Below are positions 17,923 to 27,261 of a stretch of 64,000 bases of DNA, piece after piece. Origin of the DNA: a virus (Duplodnaviria > Caudoviricetes); the IMG/VR virus record IMGVR_UViG_3300033074_001909, positions 32,001 to 96,000 of that record. One strand, written 5' to 3'. The notes under the pieces were generated by a model, which saw nothing but the letters and a program-made list of their open reading frames with translations, did not search any database and was not told the DNA's origin. The first letter of the stretch is position 1; every line of letters starts with the position of its first letter. Position numbers and translations under genes: made by a program.

Positions 17923-18767
17923 GAAACCACGTGCTACAACCGCCGTTTGCCACGGGCGTCCACGACGCGGAGTATCCGCAGTTGTGGAGCGGCATGATGT
18001 TTGGATGGTCTGCCAATCTGGGCATCACGGGTGGCATGATTCGCGACCGGTCTGGCAGGGCGAATCACGGCACGCTGACGAACGCGGACCTGGATACGTA
18101 TTGGGGACGATCGTACGGTTACGCACGCTTGGCATTCTTCACTTCCTATGTGACGATACCTCGAAATGGTCGCTTTGATTTTTCAAGCACAAATCTGTTT
18201 TGGTCCGCATGGGTTAGTGATTTAACAACAAATGGAATTATCTGTAGCACTATATTAAATTCATCGCCGTACTCAGGTTGGGAGATTGCATGTGGGACTA
18301 TTTCAGCTAATAAGCTCCAATTGTGGAATAGTAGTGCCTGGGTAGCGAGTACGTCAAATGTAACAGGGACTGGTATTCGTCATTTATGCGTTTTTAACGA
18401 TGGCGTAAATACTCAATTTTTCATCAACGGACAATTAGACGCTACTGTTTCTCATATAAGATCTGCTACTCCAGGTGACTCAAATTTGGTTATTGGTGCA
18501 AGAGTGTCTGGATGGAATGCCATGAATTGCCGTGTTCATGATTTTTACATAGGCACAGCACAAACATCTACAGTTCAATCGCTTGTAACCATGCTGTACT
18601 TTCTCGGCCCCGGCGGCTGGGCTCGCCGCAAGTCGCCCGCGTCGGTGTGCGTGCCGCTCCAGACGCGACCGCCCCTGCGCCGTACCCGCTCGATCACGCC
18701 GAATCAATGTGTTGATATCCAGTTTCGGCATCGCAACATTGGTCATGGAAGGCTGAAAGCCGGATGA
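17919..18767 (+). CDS. LamG/concanavalin A-like domain protein
   Basis: DRSGRANHGTLTN, FWSAWV, HLCVFNDG...FFINGQLD, LVIGA. Confidence 0.8.
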   Translation: MRNHVLQPPFATGVHDAEYPQLWSGMMFGWSANLGITGGMIRDRSGRANHGTLTNADLDTYWGRSYGYARLAFFTSYVTIPRNGRFDFSSTNLFWSAWVSDLTTNGIICSTILNSSPYSGWEIACGTISANKLQLWNSSAWVASTSNVTGTGIRHLCVFNDGVNTQFFINGQLDATVSHIRSATPGDSNLVIGARVSGWNAMNCRVHDFYIGTAQTSTVQSLVTMLYFLGPGGWARRKSPASVCVPLQTRPPLRRTRSITPNQCVDIQFRHRNIGHGRLKAG

Positions 18768-19315
18768 GTTTCAACCTTGCCATTTACGGTGTTGAATTTG
18801 TGTTCTATCACGCTTTGGAGTCCCAAAGCTCACCGGGGAATTTCCAGACCAACCCCACGCTGGCCAGCGGAGACGTCACGATCAGCAAAGACGGCGGATC
18901 GGCCAGTAATCTGAACACCACGCCCGCAGCGACGCCGGCTGGCGGCAAGCGCATTAAAGTGACCGTGTCGGCCACCGAAATGCAGGCGGACGACATCTCG
19001 CTGGTGTTCTCGGATGCTGCCGGCGATGAGTGGTACGACTCGCACGTGCATATTCAGCCGCTACGGCTGCCGGCCAGCACGATCGACGACGCGGGCGGAT
19101 CTCCCAGCACCACGGCGTTCGGAACGGATTTGACCGAATCATCGGACGACTATTACGTCAATCAGTACATCTACTTTCTGTCGGGGACGAACACGGGACT
19201 GTCGCGGAAAATATCGGATTACAACGGCACGTCCAAGCAGATTACGATCGCGGTCGCGCTCCCCGATGCTCCAGCCGACGGAGACAAGTTTCTCATCCTT
19301 GGCAGGAGTGAATAA
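18764..19315 (+). CDS. putative virion protein
   Basis: GDVTISKDGG..NL; DDYY..F.SG...SRKISDYNG...PADGDKFLI. Confidence 0.7.
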   Translation: MSFNLAIYGVEFVFYHALESQSSPGNFQTNPTLASGDVTISKDGGSASNLNTTPAATPAGGKRIKVTVSATEMQADDISLVFSDAAGDEWYDSHVHIQPLRLPASTIDDAGGSPSTTAFGTDLTESSDDYYVNQYIYFLSGTNTGLSRKISDYNGTSKQITIAVALPDAPADGDKFLILGRSE

Positions 19316-19780
19316 ATGCCGTGGATGTGGGAACTGCTGCAATGGTGGTGGTACGAAGAAGATGAGGAAAGCTCGTCGTCGTCCTCGTCCTCTGCCAGTA
19401 GTCTGAGTAGTTCCTCCAGTAGCAGTCTGTCTTCGTCGAGTCTGTCTTCGTCGAGTCTGTCTTCGTCGAGTCTGTCCTCGCTGTCGAGCCTGTCTTCTTC
19501 TTCGTCGTTATCCAGCAGCTCGTCACTTTCCAGCCAGTCTTCCTCTAGCAGTAGCCAGTCCTCGTCATCCTCTAGCAGTAGCCAGTCGTCGTCATCCAGC
19601 AGCCAATCTTCGTCATCGGTAAGTAGCTCGTCGCTGTCGAGCCAGTCTTCCTCCAGCAGCTCTTCGTCTTCGAGTTCCAGTAGTTCCACGAGTTCCAGTT
19701 CGCGGATCTTTGGCTCGCTGACCGGCACACTGTCGATCACGCCGTCGCTACAGGGCGTCTTATTCATCAATGGTCAGTAG
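19316..19780 (+). CDS. poly-serine protein
   Basis: MPWMWELLQWWWYEEDEE followed by ~110 mostly Ser residues in mixed codons. Confidence 0.7.
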   Translation: MPWMWELLQWWWYEEDEESSSSSSSSASSLSSSSSSSLSSSSLSSSSLSSSSLSSLSSLSSSSSLSSSSSLSSQSSSSSSQSSSSSSSSQSSSSSSQSSSSVSSSSLSSQSSSSSSSSSSSSSSTSSSSRIFGSLTGTLSITPSLQGVLFINGQ

Positions 19781-19789
19781 GAGCGTGCG

Positions 19790-20302
19790 ATGCCTCTTTA
19801 CATTGGCTCCGACAACTCGGTGATCCTCGACAAACTCGCAGACGACGCCAACGGCCAATACATCAACGACGCGGATCTGTCCTTCACGCTGTACCGCCAG
19901 CGGGCTCAAGATGGCGTGATGACTGTCGGTTCGGCGTCACTGTCCTCGGATACAGCGGCCTTCGTGGCTGGCGACGTGGGCAAGTCGATCATCGTGCCGG
20001 GCGCCGGACCTTACGGCAGCGATTTGCAGACGACGATCTCCGCCGTGGTATCCGCCACGCAAGCGACGCTGGCCGCTGCCGCTTCCACGGCGGTGACCTA
20101 CGCGCACTTTCTGGTGTCGATACCCGACGCGAAGGATATCACGATGGATTACGTGGCCAGCAGCAACGGCCGCTACATCGGCATCTTGCAATCGACGGTC
20201 ACACTGGGGCTCGACACGTACACGTTGGTAGTGGATATCGACGGCGGCATTGGGCGCATCGATCAACGGCAAGTGCAGTTGCCCGCTGTGTATCGTGGTT
20301 GA
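19790..20302 (+). CDS. putative virion protein
   Basis: AGGAG SD; AAFVAGDVGKSIIVPGAG...TTISAVVSATQATL. Confidence 0.7.
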   Translation: MPLYIGSDNSVILDKLADDANGQYINDADLSFTLYRQRAQDGVMTVGSASLSSDTAAFVAGDVGKSIIVPGAGPYGSDLQTTISAVVSATQATLAAAASTAVTYAHFLVSIPDAKDITMDYVASSNGRYIGILQSTVTLGLDTYTLVVDIDGGIGRIDQRQVQLPAVYRG

Positions 20303-20400
20303 CGAATTTGCGGTGCGGAGTAGACTGGCTGGCGAAACGGGCTCCTCGACCAGAGGCCCCGTCAGGATCAGGCAGTACCTGATTTGGACGGGGCTTTTTT
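20299..20400 (+). promoter_or_regulatory. promoter followed by leader terminator
   Basis: TTGACG-16-TAGACT; stem GCCCCGTC...GACGGGGC then TTTTTT. Confidence 0.65.
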
Positions 20401-20419
20401 CATGCGCGGTGACAGAATT

Positions 20420-20758
20420 ATGTCCATGACGGAAGCCTCGGGACCGGTCAAGCACGTCAATATTTCTGCATCCGCCTCCGGCGTGACGTCGCTCGTCAGC
20501 GCGGTCGCGAGTCATAAAATCCGCGTCCTGGGGATGGTGCTCAATAACACCGATGCCAGTACGGCCGTGAACGCGACCATCGAGGACGAGGACGGTGGCA
20601 ATCTGATTGGCCCGCTGCGGCTGGCGTCGGGAGCCACGGTCACGCTGCCAGCCAGCGGACTGGGATATGGAGACACGCCCACCGGCAAAGGTCTGGCCAT
20701 CCTCTTAGGAGGAGCCCAAGCCGTCGGTGGATCACTCACTTATCAGGTAATCAAATAA
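20420..20758 (+). CDS. putative structural protein
   Basis: beta-rich ORF. Confidence 0.65.
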   Translation: MSMTEASGPVKHVNISASASGVTSLVSAVASHKIRVLGMVLNNTDASTAVNATIEDEDGGNLIGPLRLASGATVTLPASGLGYGDTPTGKGLAILLGGAQAVGGSLTYQVIK

Positions 20759-21064
20759 ATGGCGGAACAACTATCGCAAGCGCTGATTCTGGCTCGAATC
20801 GACGACACGGTTGGCGCGGCGCCGCAAGATGCGTGGTCGCTCGGTCGCTCGCTCGTGACGGCCGTCGCGGACATCCTCCGGGACGCCCATATCACGGTCC
20901 AGCTCGACGACCTGATCGCGGCCGCCAAGTCGGCGTATGACCGGCAAGTGGCGCCGATCGACATCCCGTGGGTGCCGAATTTGATCGAACCGATGGTCGA
21001 TCAACTGATCTGGCAGTCAATTGAATCCATGATCCGCGCCTTACATTCGCGGTTAGGCCAATGA
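20759..21064 (+). CDS. hypothetical protein
   Basis: PIDIPWVPNLIEPMVD motif. Confidence 0.65.
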   Translation: MAEQLSQALILARIDDTVGAAPQDAWSLGRSLVTAVADILRDAHITVQLDDLIAAAKSAYDRQVAPIDIPWVPNLIEPMVDQLIWQSIESMIRALHSRLGQ

Positions 21065-21699
21065 ACTACGACGGCATCCAACTCTGTGGGGTCGAAGACA
21101 CGCTGGGCGTGGGGCAGATGTGCCGCTGGCCCATGATCGACGTGTCGTGGTCGATTCGCGCCTCGCTGCCGCAGTTTGCCGTCGAAGCCTTCCGCGAAGC
21201 CTGTGAACTGGCCTGGTCCTATTGGTCGAGCGTATGTGGCATCCGGCCGCGTTACACGCCGAATAATCTGACTGCCAATCTGGTGATCGGGCTGCAAACG
21301 ATCGGGCCCGGGGGCGTGCTGGCCGATTGCGAACTGCCGTGCGGCGCCTCCCAGGCCTCGAGCCTGCGGATGCGCATCGACACGCAAGAGTCCTGGGTCA
21401 TCGCCGAAAATCCTCCGAACAACAAAATCGACTTGGTGCGGGTGGTGTGCCATGAACTGGGGCACGGGATCGGCATTCCGCACATCGGCGGCGCCAACCT
21501 GATGGCGCCGACCTACAACGCCCGTCTCCGCCGGCCGCAGGTAGGCGACATCGCCGAGGCGGTCGCGCGTTACGGTACGCCCGTGGCCGTACCACCGCCG
21601 CCAGTGCCACCATCCGACGAGTACGAGGAAGTGACGGCGATCCTGCGCAAGGGCGGCAAAATCTTCGTGCGGACCAAAGGGGTGGTCACCGAATTATGA
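21061..21699 (+). CDS. matrixin/M10-family metzincin peptidase
   Basis: HELGHGIGIPH plus Met-turn ANLMAP, GGVLA. Confidence 0.88.
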   Translation: MNYDGIQLCGVEDTLGVGQMCRWPMIDVSWSIRASLPQFAVEAFREACELAWSYWSSVCGIRPRYTPNNLTANLVIGLQTIGPGGVLADCELPCGASQASSLRMRIDTQESWVIAENPPNNKIDLVRVVCHELGHGIGIPHIGGANLMAPTYNARLRRPQVGDIAEAVARYGTPVAVPPPPVPPSDEYEEVTAILRKGGKIFVRTKGVVTEL

Positions 21700-23426
21700 G
21701 TCTTGATCGACACGCCGCGGCCATCGCCCGCTGGCTGAAGTGGCTGGCCATCGCCGTATTTGCGCTGGCCGTGGTCCTGGCCGCCGCCACGCTCCGCGCT
21801 GCTGAGGAAGAATTGCCCGGCAAGCCTGTCGCCACGGCGGCCGAAGCGGTCGGGTGGGCGCTGGCGGATATCGCCACACTGGGCGAAGCCGATCGGCCAT
21901 TCGCGCGGTACGTGTGGATTCCACCCTGGGGCGATGAACTGTGGGTGGCCGGCCTCAATTTCTCGCTCAACACGGCGGCCTCCCACGCGACCACCTTGCA
22001 ACTTGGGACGCCCATCGCCAACGGCTGGATGGTACGCTACGACTTGCGTCGGCTGGCCCCTGTGGAAAAGCAACTCGAACGGCTACGTGCCGTGTGGGAC
22101 GGACTCGCCACACAAGACCCCTACTTTCACGTGCCGGCCACGAACACCGGGTTGCAAGCCGCGGTGATCGCGCCGCACCTGAAGGAAGAACAGGCGGTGG
22201 CGCTGGCGGGACTGTCCCTGTCCACGGGCGCGATCTATCGTGCGGACTTCCTAGTGGTGAAGATGCTCAGCACGCTCGAGGGGGGCAAGTATTACGACTT
22301 CCTCCAGGTCGACCGGCAGGTGAGTGAGGAGGAAAAGACACGTGGCGTGACGCCTCAGGATAAGTGGCTGGCGACGCTGGGAGTCTTCGAGCAAACGACC
22401 CGCAACCTGTCGGGCGATCAGCGGTCCGCAATTTTCCGGTCGGCCGTCACGGGCAAGCCACGACGAATTGACGTGTTTTACGGGCTCGGGAGAGGCGGGA
22501 ATCTCTGCACGATTACGCACGACATCTCCGATGAGGACGTGGGAGCCGGCCAGCACCCCATTCGCAACCTACTGGAATTCCGCGACTCGGCCCGAGAAAT
22601 CATCGTCGAGCGGCCCAACGGCACGCACGCCTTCGCGCTCACGAACGCCCAAGGCGAATTCCAGGATGCCGCGCCGGACAACGTGGCCCGTGACCATACG
22701 GTGCCCGCGCCCCATACGAGTCGTCTGCAGCCCGCTATTTCCTGCATCCGCTGCCATGGTCCACACGATGGCCTGCAGCCGTTCGGTAACGACGTGAAAA
22801 CGATTTTGAAATCACGACTGGATGTCTTTGCCGACTTGGGTGCCAGCGAGCAGAATACGCGTGAACAAGTGGTGGATCGATTGGCCGGACTCTATGCGGG
22901 CCAACTCGACGCTCCGGACGGTCCGATCGGCCGTGGCCGGCGGGATTACGGCACCACACTGTACCGAATCGCACTCGATTCTGTGTTTGGCGTCGATGAT
23001 GCGCGGATTGTGGCCGAACTGAGTCACGCCGTGAGTGATATTTTTTCGAGTTACCGCTACGACGTGGTAAGCCCAGAGCGGGCCTGCCTGGAACTCGGAC
23101 TCGAAGTGGGCGATGGCGAGGGCATAGCGGGCTTGGATCGCCTGCTGGGCGACCCCTCGCTGGCGATTGTGGTCGATCCCGTGGTGGGCAGTCTCCGCGC
23201 TGGAATCTCGATCAATCGCACGGAGTTTGAGCAGGTGTTTGTCGACCTGTCGCTCCAGGCGGAATCGATCCGCACGGGCAAGACCATGTCGGAACTTCGC
23301 CCTGTGGGAAAGCCCATCGAAGCCGCACCCGTCGTGGATCAACCCACGCCTCCCGCACAGCCCACGGAACCGCCGCCGGCACAACCGCCACCAGCGCGAC
23401 CCAATTCAACTAACCGACGAGGATGA
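21696..23426 (+). CDS. secreted/membrane-anchored CxxCH (c-type heme motif) protein
   Basis: N-terminal hydrophobic signal; SCIRCH. Confidence 0.7.
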   Translation: MSLDRHAAAIARWLKWLAIAVFALAVVLAAATLRAAEEELPGKPVATAAEAVGWALADIATLGEADRPFARYVWIPPWGDELWVAGLNFSLNTAASHATTLQLGTPIANGWMVRYDLRRLAPVEKQLERLRAVWDGLATQDPYFHVPATNTGLQAAVIAPHLKEEQAVALAGLSLSTGAIYRADFLVVKMLSTLEGGKYYDFLQVDRQVSEEEKTRGVTPQDKWLATLGVFEQTTRNLSGDQRSAIFRSAVTGKPRRIDVFYGLGRGGNLCTITHDISDEDVGAGQHPIRNLLEFRDSAREIIVERPNGTHAFALTNAQGEFQDAAPDNVARDHTVPAPHTSRLQPAISCIRCHGPHDGLQPFGNDVKTILKSRLDVFADLGASEQNTREQVVDRLAGLYAGQLDAPDGPIGRGRRDYGTTLYRIALDSVFGVDDARIVAELSHAVSDIFSSYRYDVVSPERACLELGLEVGDGEGIAGLDRLLGDPSLAIVVDPVVGSLRAGISINRTEFEQVFVDLSLQAESIRTGKTMSELRPVGKPIEAAPVVDQPTPPAQPTEPPPAQPPPARPNSTNRRG

Positions 23427-23427
23427 C

Positions 23428-24279
23428 ATGCGTTATTTCGCGTTACTGCTGCTCTTGTTTGCTCACGAAGCCCACGCCTGCCAGCGGTGTGGTCTGTTTG
23501 GGAATCGCTGCCGTTTTGTCTCGAGGCCTGTCGTGCAACAGCATGTGGTGTCACAACCAGTCGCTGTGGCGCCGGTCGCGACGTATCAATCGCCAGACGT
23601 ATTCGTTGTGCAGAATAACTACCCGCAGCCGAACGGTACGATCGGACTCCTGGCCCAGCAGGGCACGAGCGTGTACGGATATCAGGCCGCGGCCGCAGCG
23701 TACTTCGTAAATCCGGCCGAGACTTTGCGGCAAGCGGCAGAACTCGCCAAGGCGGCCAGTGCGACCGCCTCGATTGGCCTCACGGGCTACAACGAGACGG
23801 CACGCACGCAACTGACGCTGCAGGCGGCCATCGCGGAGCCGCTCGCGAAGGGGCAAGCGGCCGCGCAGGTCTTGGGCGCCGCGGGACTGTCGGCGCCATC
23901 CTCGCAGTCGCAATCATTCGCCCTGCGAATCTCGCAGGACTCCGCCGGACGCTGGCAGGTGACGCAAGCCGACCCCGCGCAAGTGTCCGCGACGGTCCAC
24001 GCCGAGATCAACGAGCATTCGACGCCGACAGTTCCTGCGAGGCCCGTCAACGGCGCCTCGGTGCTGGCCGCGAAGTGCGCCCGGTGTCACGGGCTGAATC
24101 TCACCGAGCCCAAGGGCGGCATGTTCCTCGATGCGGGTCATCCGTTGGACTGCGCTACCGTGGTCAAAGCGATCAAGCAGGTGAAGAGCAATAAGATGCC
24201 ACCCGACGGTGGGCTGACGGATCAGGAAAAGGGGTTACTTCTCGACGAACTGCTTTCTCTCGAAAGGGACGGGTCATGA
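23428..24279 (+). CDS. secreted protein with C-terminal cytochrome c-like domain
   Basis: Signal MRYFALLLLLFAHEAHA; KCARCHG...KMPP..GLTDQEKGLL. Confidence 0.75.
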   Translation: MRYFALLLLLFAHEAHACQRCGLFGNRCRFVSRPVVQQHVVSQPVAVAPVATYQSPDVFVVQNNYPQPNGTIGLLAQQGTSVYGYQAAAAAYFVNPAETLRQAAELAKAASATASIGLTGYNETARTQLTLQAAIAEPLAKGQAAAQVLGAAGLSAPSSQSQSFALRISQDSAGRWQVTQADPAQVSATVHAEINEHSTPTVPARPVNGASVLAAKCARCHGLNLTEPKGGMFLDAGHPLDCATVVKAIKQVKSNKMPPDGGLTDQEKGLLLDELLSLERDGS

Positions 24280-24575
24280 AAGGTGTGTTAGCGTGTGTGT
24301 GCTTCTTGCTGTGCTGCGCGGACGTGTCGGCGCATGGCCGCGTGGTGGTTCAGCGGCAGGTAATTCGCCAGCCGCTGTTCCAGCGACAACGGGTGGTAGT
24401 GCGGCAGCAAGTCGTGGTGCCGCAGGCCGTGGTCGCTCCCCAAGCCGTGGTGGTGCAGCCGTTCGTTCAGTCGTATGCCGCGCCGTTGGTAGTGCCGCAA
24501 GCGTTCGTGGTGCCGCAGGCCTTCACGGCGCCATCGTGCGGGGCATGTGGTTCGGCCGCATTGTTCCTGCGGTAG
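24276..24575 (+). CDS. small secreted Val/Gln-rich protein
   Basis: signal peptide, VVPQA repeats. Confidence 0.65.
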   Translation: MKGVLACVCFLLCCADVSAHGRVVVQRQVIRQPLFQRQRVVVRQQVVVPQAVVAPQAVVVQPFVQSYAAPLVVPQAFVVPQAFTAPSCGACGSAALFLR

Positions 24576-24578
24576 GTC

Positions 24579-25022
24579 ATGTCACTTTTCAGTGATCGCG
24601 ACCTGATCGCGTGCATCGACCGGAACACGGCGCGGCTGGTCGGTGCTTTGATGCAAATCGCACGGGCGTTGCGTCGCCCCGCGATGCCGCGTCCGGTGTC
24701 GTTACACGTGGTTTCGCAAGGAGAGAATGGAATGTTGCACTTTCGCATTGTGCTGCCGCCGCCAGGTGCCAGTGATGTCACTGCGCGGGAACTGGCGTAC
24801 CAGATCGGGGACGGCGAACAGGTGATTGAGACGCTGGAAGCCAGCGCTACGGAACTGGCAGGCCTGTCGGGGAATGATAACGATCAGGTCGTGGTATCGC
24901 TGACCGATATCGACGATGCCGGCAACCGCAGTGAACCGCGCGAGCAGACCTTCACGCTGACCGACACCATCGCTCCGCCGCAGCCTGGCGAAATGGGGCT
25001 GATCGTCGACAGCGAATCGTAA
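24579..25022 (+). CDS. hypothetical protein (Ig/FN3-like C-terminus)
   Basis: DDAGNRSEP..FTLTDTIAPPQPG. Confidence 0.65.
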   Translation: MSLFSDRDLIACIDRNTARLVGALMQIARALRRPAMPRPVSLHVVSQGENGMLHFRIVLPPPGASDVTARELAYQIGDGEQVIETLEASATELAGLSGNDNDQVVVSLTDIDDAGNRSEPREQTFTLTDTIAPPQPGEMGLIVDSES

Positions 25023-25133
25023 CCAGGACGGACCCTGGGGCTGTCCGTGCGGCGATGTCAGGAAGGCATCGCCGCACGGTAGCTATAAAAAGCGAGCGGT
25101 GTGGCGTGAGATTCGCAACCGAAAGGGCAGGTG

Positions 25134-25529
25134 ATGGAACTATGGGGCTCATGGGAGCAAATCGCAGCCACGATTGCTGCCTTTTTGGGAGGAGGTGGAC
25201 TCGTGGCCATCGCACGCATTGTTGCCGATTATTTGAAGGATCGCGGCAAGCGACAGGGCGACCGAGATGCCGCGACCGATCACATCATCGAATCTCTGTT
25301 AGCGGATTATAAGGCCGAGTTACATGCCCTCCGGGCACGGCTCGACGCCAGTCATGAGGACCATCAGGATTGCCAGCGCCAAAATGCGGAACTGCGCGAG
25401 AAAATCGGCGCGTTGGCCGAGAAAGTCGCGCGGAACGACGAGGAAATCAAACAGCTCAAACTGTTCTCCTGTTCGGTAGCCGGGTGCCAACTGCGAAAAG
25501 AGATTGAACTGCGACAGAATCAAGGGTAA
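25134..25529 (+). CDS. single-TM coiled-coil protein (holin-like)
   Basis: IAATIAAFLGGGGLVAIA followed by a coiled coil. Confidence 0.6.
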   Translation: MELWGSWEQIAATIAAFLGGGGLVAIARIVADYLKDRGKRQGDRDAATDHIIESLLADYKAELHALRARLDASHEDHQDCQRQNAELREKIGALAEKVARNDEEIKQLKLFSCSVAGCQLRKEIELRQNQG

Positions 25530-25588
25530 GGGTGAGGTGGCAGCCTCCCGTCACGCACGTCAACAATCCTCCCCGGGTAGATTGGACC

Positions 25589-27109
25589 ATGATGAGACAA
25601 GTCTGGTTGGCGGTCCTGTGTCTGGTTGCCGGCTGGTTGCCGGCTCAAGATCAGCCTTTGCAGTACTCGACTCGCCTGCGGACGGTGGAGCCAGGTGGCA
25701 AGTGCCATGTGTGGTTTCCGCAGAACGTGGCTGGCCCGAGTGGTCGGGGATACATCCCCAAGCTGCCGGTCGGCTGGACGTACGCGTATCCGGGCACTTA
25801 CGGACGTGGTTGGTCCGAGTGGCATCGCGGATGGGCCTGGGAAATTCAGGTCGCGCGGGACGCGCAGCCAGGTGCGTATGCGCTCGATTTCATGGACCAG
25901 GGTCAACCAGTTCCCGGGCTGACGCCGATTGTCGTGACGGTCTGTGCGCCGGCTCCCAAACGGCGCCTGAAGCGGCTGATGTCCGCCACGACGGCCGACC
26001 TGCAGTTTTACTTGGACCAGGGTTACGATCTGGAACTGGGTCCCTTTGAGTTTGTGATTACTACGCCGCTACAAGTGCCGGACGGGGCCCGGATTTGTTC
26101 GACCGGTGCGGCTCGCCTAGTGCGGACCGCCGACCGCCATCCCGAGAACCATCCTCACCATGAAATGTTCATTCCGGAGGGGCGCTTCACGCTCGAGCGC
26201 GTGATACTCACTCACGACGGCACCATGCCGGCGGAGCCGTTGTACCTGCACAAGTGGCCTCGTGATACCTCACCCACCTGCCCCAATGTGACGGTGACCC
26301 AATGCGTGATCGAGCGCGGTTACTTGGGCAAGGCCACGGAGTCGAACATGGCCGTGGAGCGGTGCCGGTTCGCCGGCGGCGGGACGGGCATCACGCCCCT
26401 GAACGGTCGGTACGACTACTGTGAGTTCACTGGTACTTCCCCGGATCAGAGCCACAGATTCCTGTGCTGGGGAGCCAATGGCTTGCTGCTCACGAATAAC
26501 CGGTTCGCCGGCACCTCGCGGGGATTTGTGTTCCAAACGGGGGACGTCGTCGGAGCCGCGTTGCTCGACAACTATTGCACCGGGATCCGCGGGGGTAGCG
26601 GCAACGCGAATGAGTGCCTCCTGTTTGAAGCGGGCACTGGATCGCCCATTGCCTGCGACGACGCACATGGTTGCCGAAATAACCTGGTCGTCGACCTGTG
26701 GATCAACGATTGTGCCGGGCCCGGCGTCTCGCTGTACGGATCCGGGATGCACGACAACCAGTTTTGGGGCGTGGACGCGCACACGGATAACAGCAGCCTG
26801 TACGTGATCGCGATCGGCGACGGACAAATCACACGTAACCAGTTTCACAATTGGCAATGCACGGGAGGAGTCGTGTTCCACGGTGATGTGGGACAGGTCA
26901 CTTTCGGTAATATGCAGCTGCTCGAGTCACAGCAACGGCGGGGCAACCAAGGGCCGTTTGCACCTGTGATTCGGCACTTCAACGAGCATTATCCGTTCGA
27001 CCTGGATGAAGAGGCGCGACAAACTGGCGTATTCACGCTCTCGGGCGTCGGGCTTCTAATGCCCAACCGGACGTACGTGCCAATCGATGAGCTGACCGGG
27101 AAAAAATGA
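25589..27109 (+). CDS. secreted right-handed beta-helix (pectin-lyase-like) protein
   Basis: signal peptide; repeated xxNxF / CxF stacks. Confidence 0.6.
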   Translation: MMRQVWLAVLCLVAGWLPAQDQPLQYSTRLRTVEPGGKCHVWFPQNVAGPSGRGYIPKLPVGWTYAYPGTYGRGWSEWHRGWAWEIQVARDAQPGAYALDFMDQGQPVPGLTPIVVTVCAPAPKRRLKRLMSATTADLQFYLDQGYDLELGPFEFVITTPLQVPDGARICSTGAARLVRTADRHPENHPHHEMFIPEGRFTLERVILTHDGTMPAEPLYLHKWPRDTSPTCPNVTVTQCVIERGYLGKATESNMAVERCRFAGGGTGITPLNGRYDYCEFTGTSPDQSHRFLCWGANGLLLTNNRFAGTSRGFVFQTGDVVGAALLDNYCTGIRGGSGNANECLLFEAGTGSPIACDDAHGCRNNLVVDLWINDCAGPGVSLYGSGMHDNQFWGVDAHTDNSSLYVIAIGDGQITRNQFHNWQCTGGVVFHGDVGQVTFGNMQLLESQQRRGNQGPFAPVIRHFNEHYPFDLDEEARQTGVFTLSGVGLLMPNRTYVPIDELTGKK

Positions 27110-27121
27110 ACGGGTCCTTCC

Positions 27122-27249
27122 TCATGAGGACCATCAGGAGTGCCAGCGCCCGCAACGACGAGGAGATTCGCCAACTCAAACTATTTTCCTGCTCTGTAGC
27201 AGGGTGCAACCTGCGGCGGGAAATTGAAGAACGCAACGGCAAAGCATAA
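27122..27249 (+). pseudogene. remnant diverged copy of the 3' end of gene 25134..25529
   Basis: HEDHQECQR..RNDEEIRQLKLFSCSVAGCNLRREIE versus HEDHQDCQR...RNDEEIKQLKLFSCSVAGCQLRKEIE. Confidence 0.8.
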
Positions 27250-27261
27250 GAGACCGGAAGC

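Noticed and set aside
19219-19770. Minus-strand Glu/Asp/Leu-rich ORF
   Set aside because: Antisense shadow of the poly-Ser gene in a plus-strand operon
15088-27249. Diversity-generating retroelement TR/VR pairs
   Set aside because: Differences between the duplicated gene ends are mostly synonymous, not adenine-specific, and no reverse transcriptase is in the window
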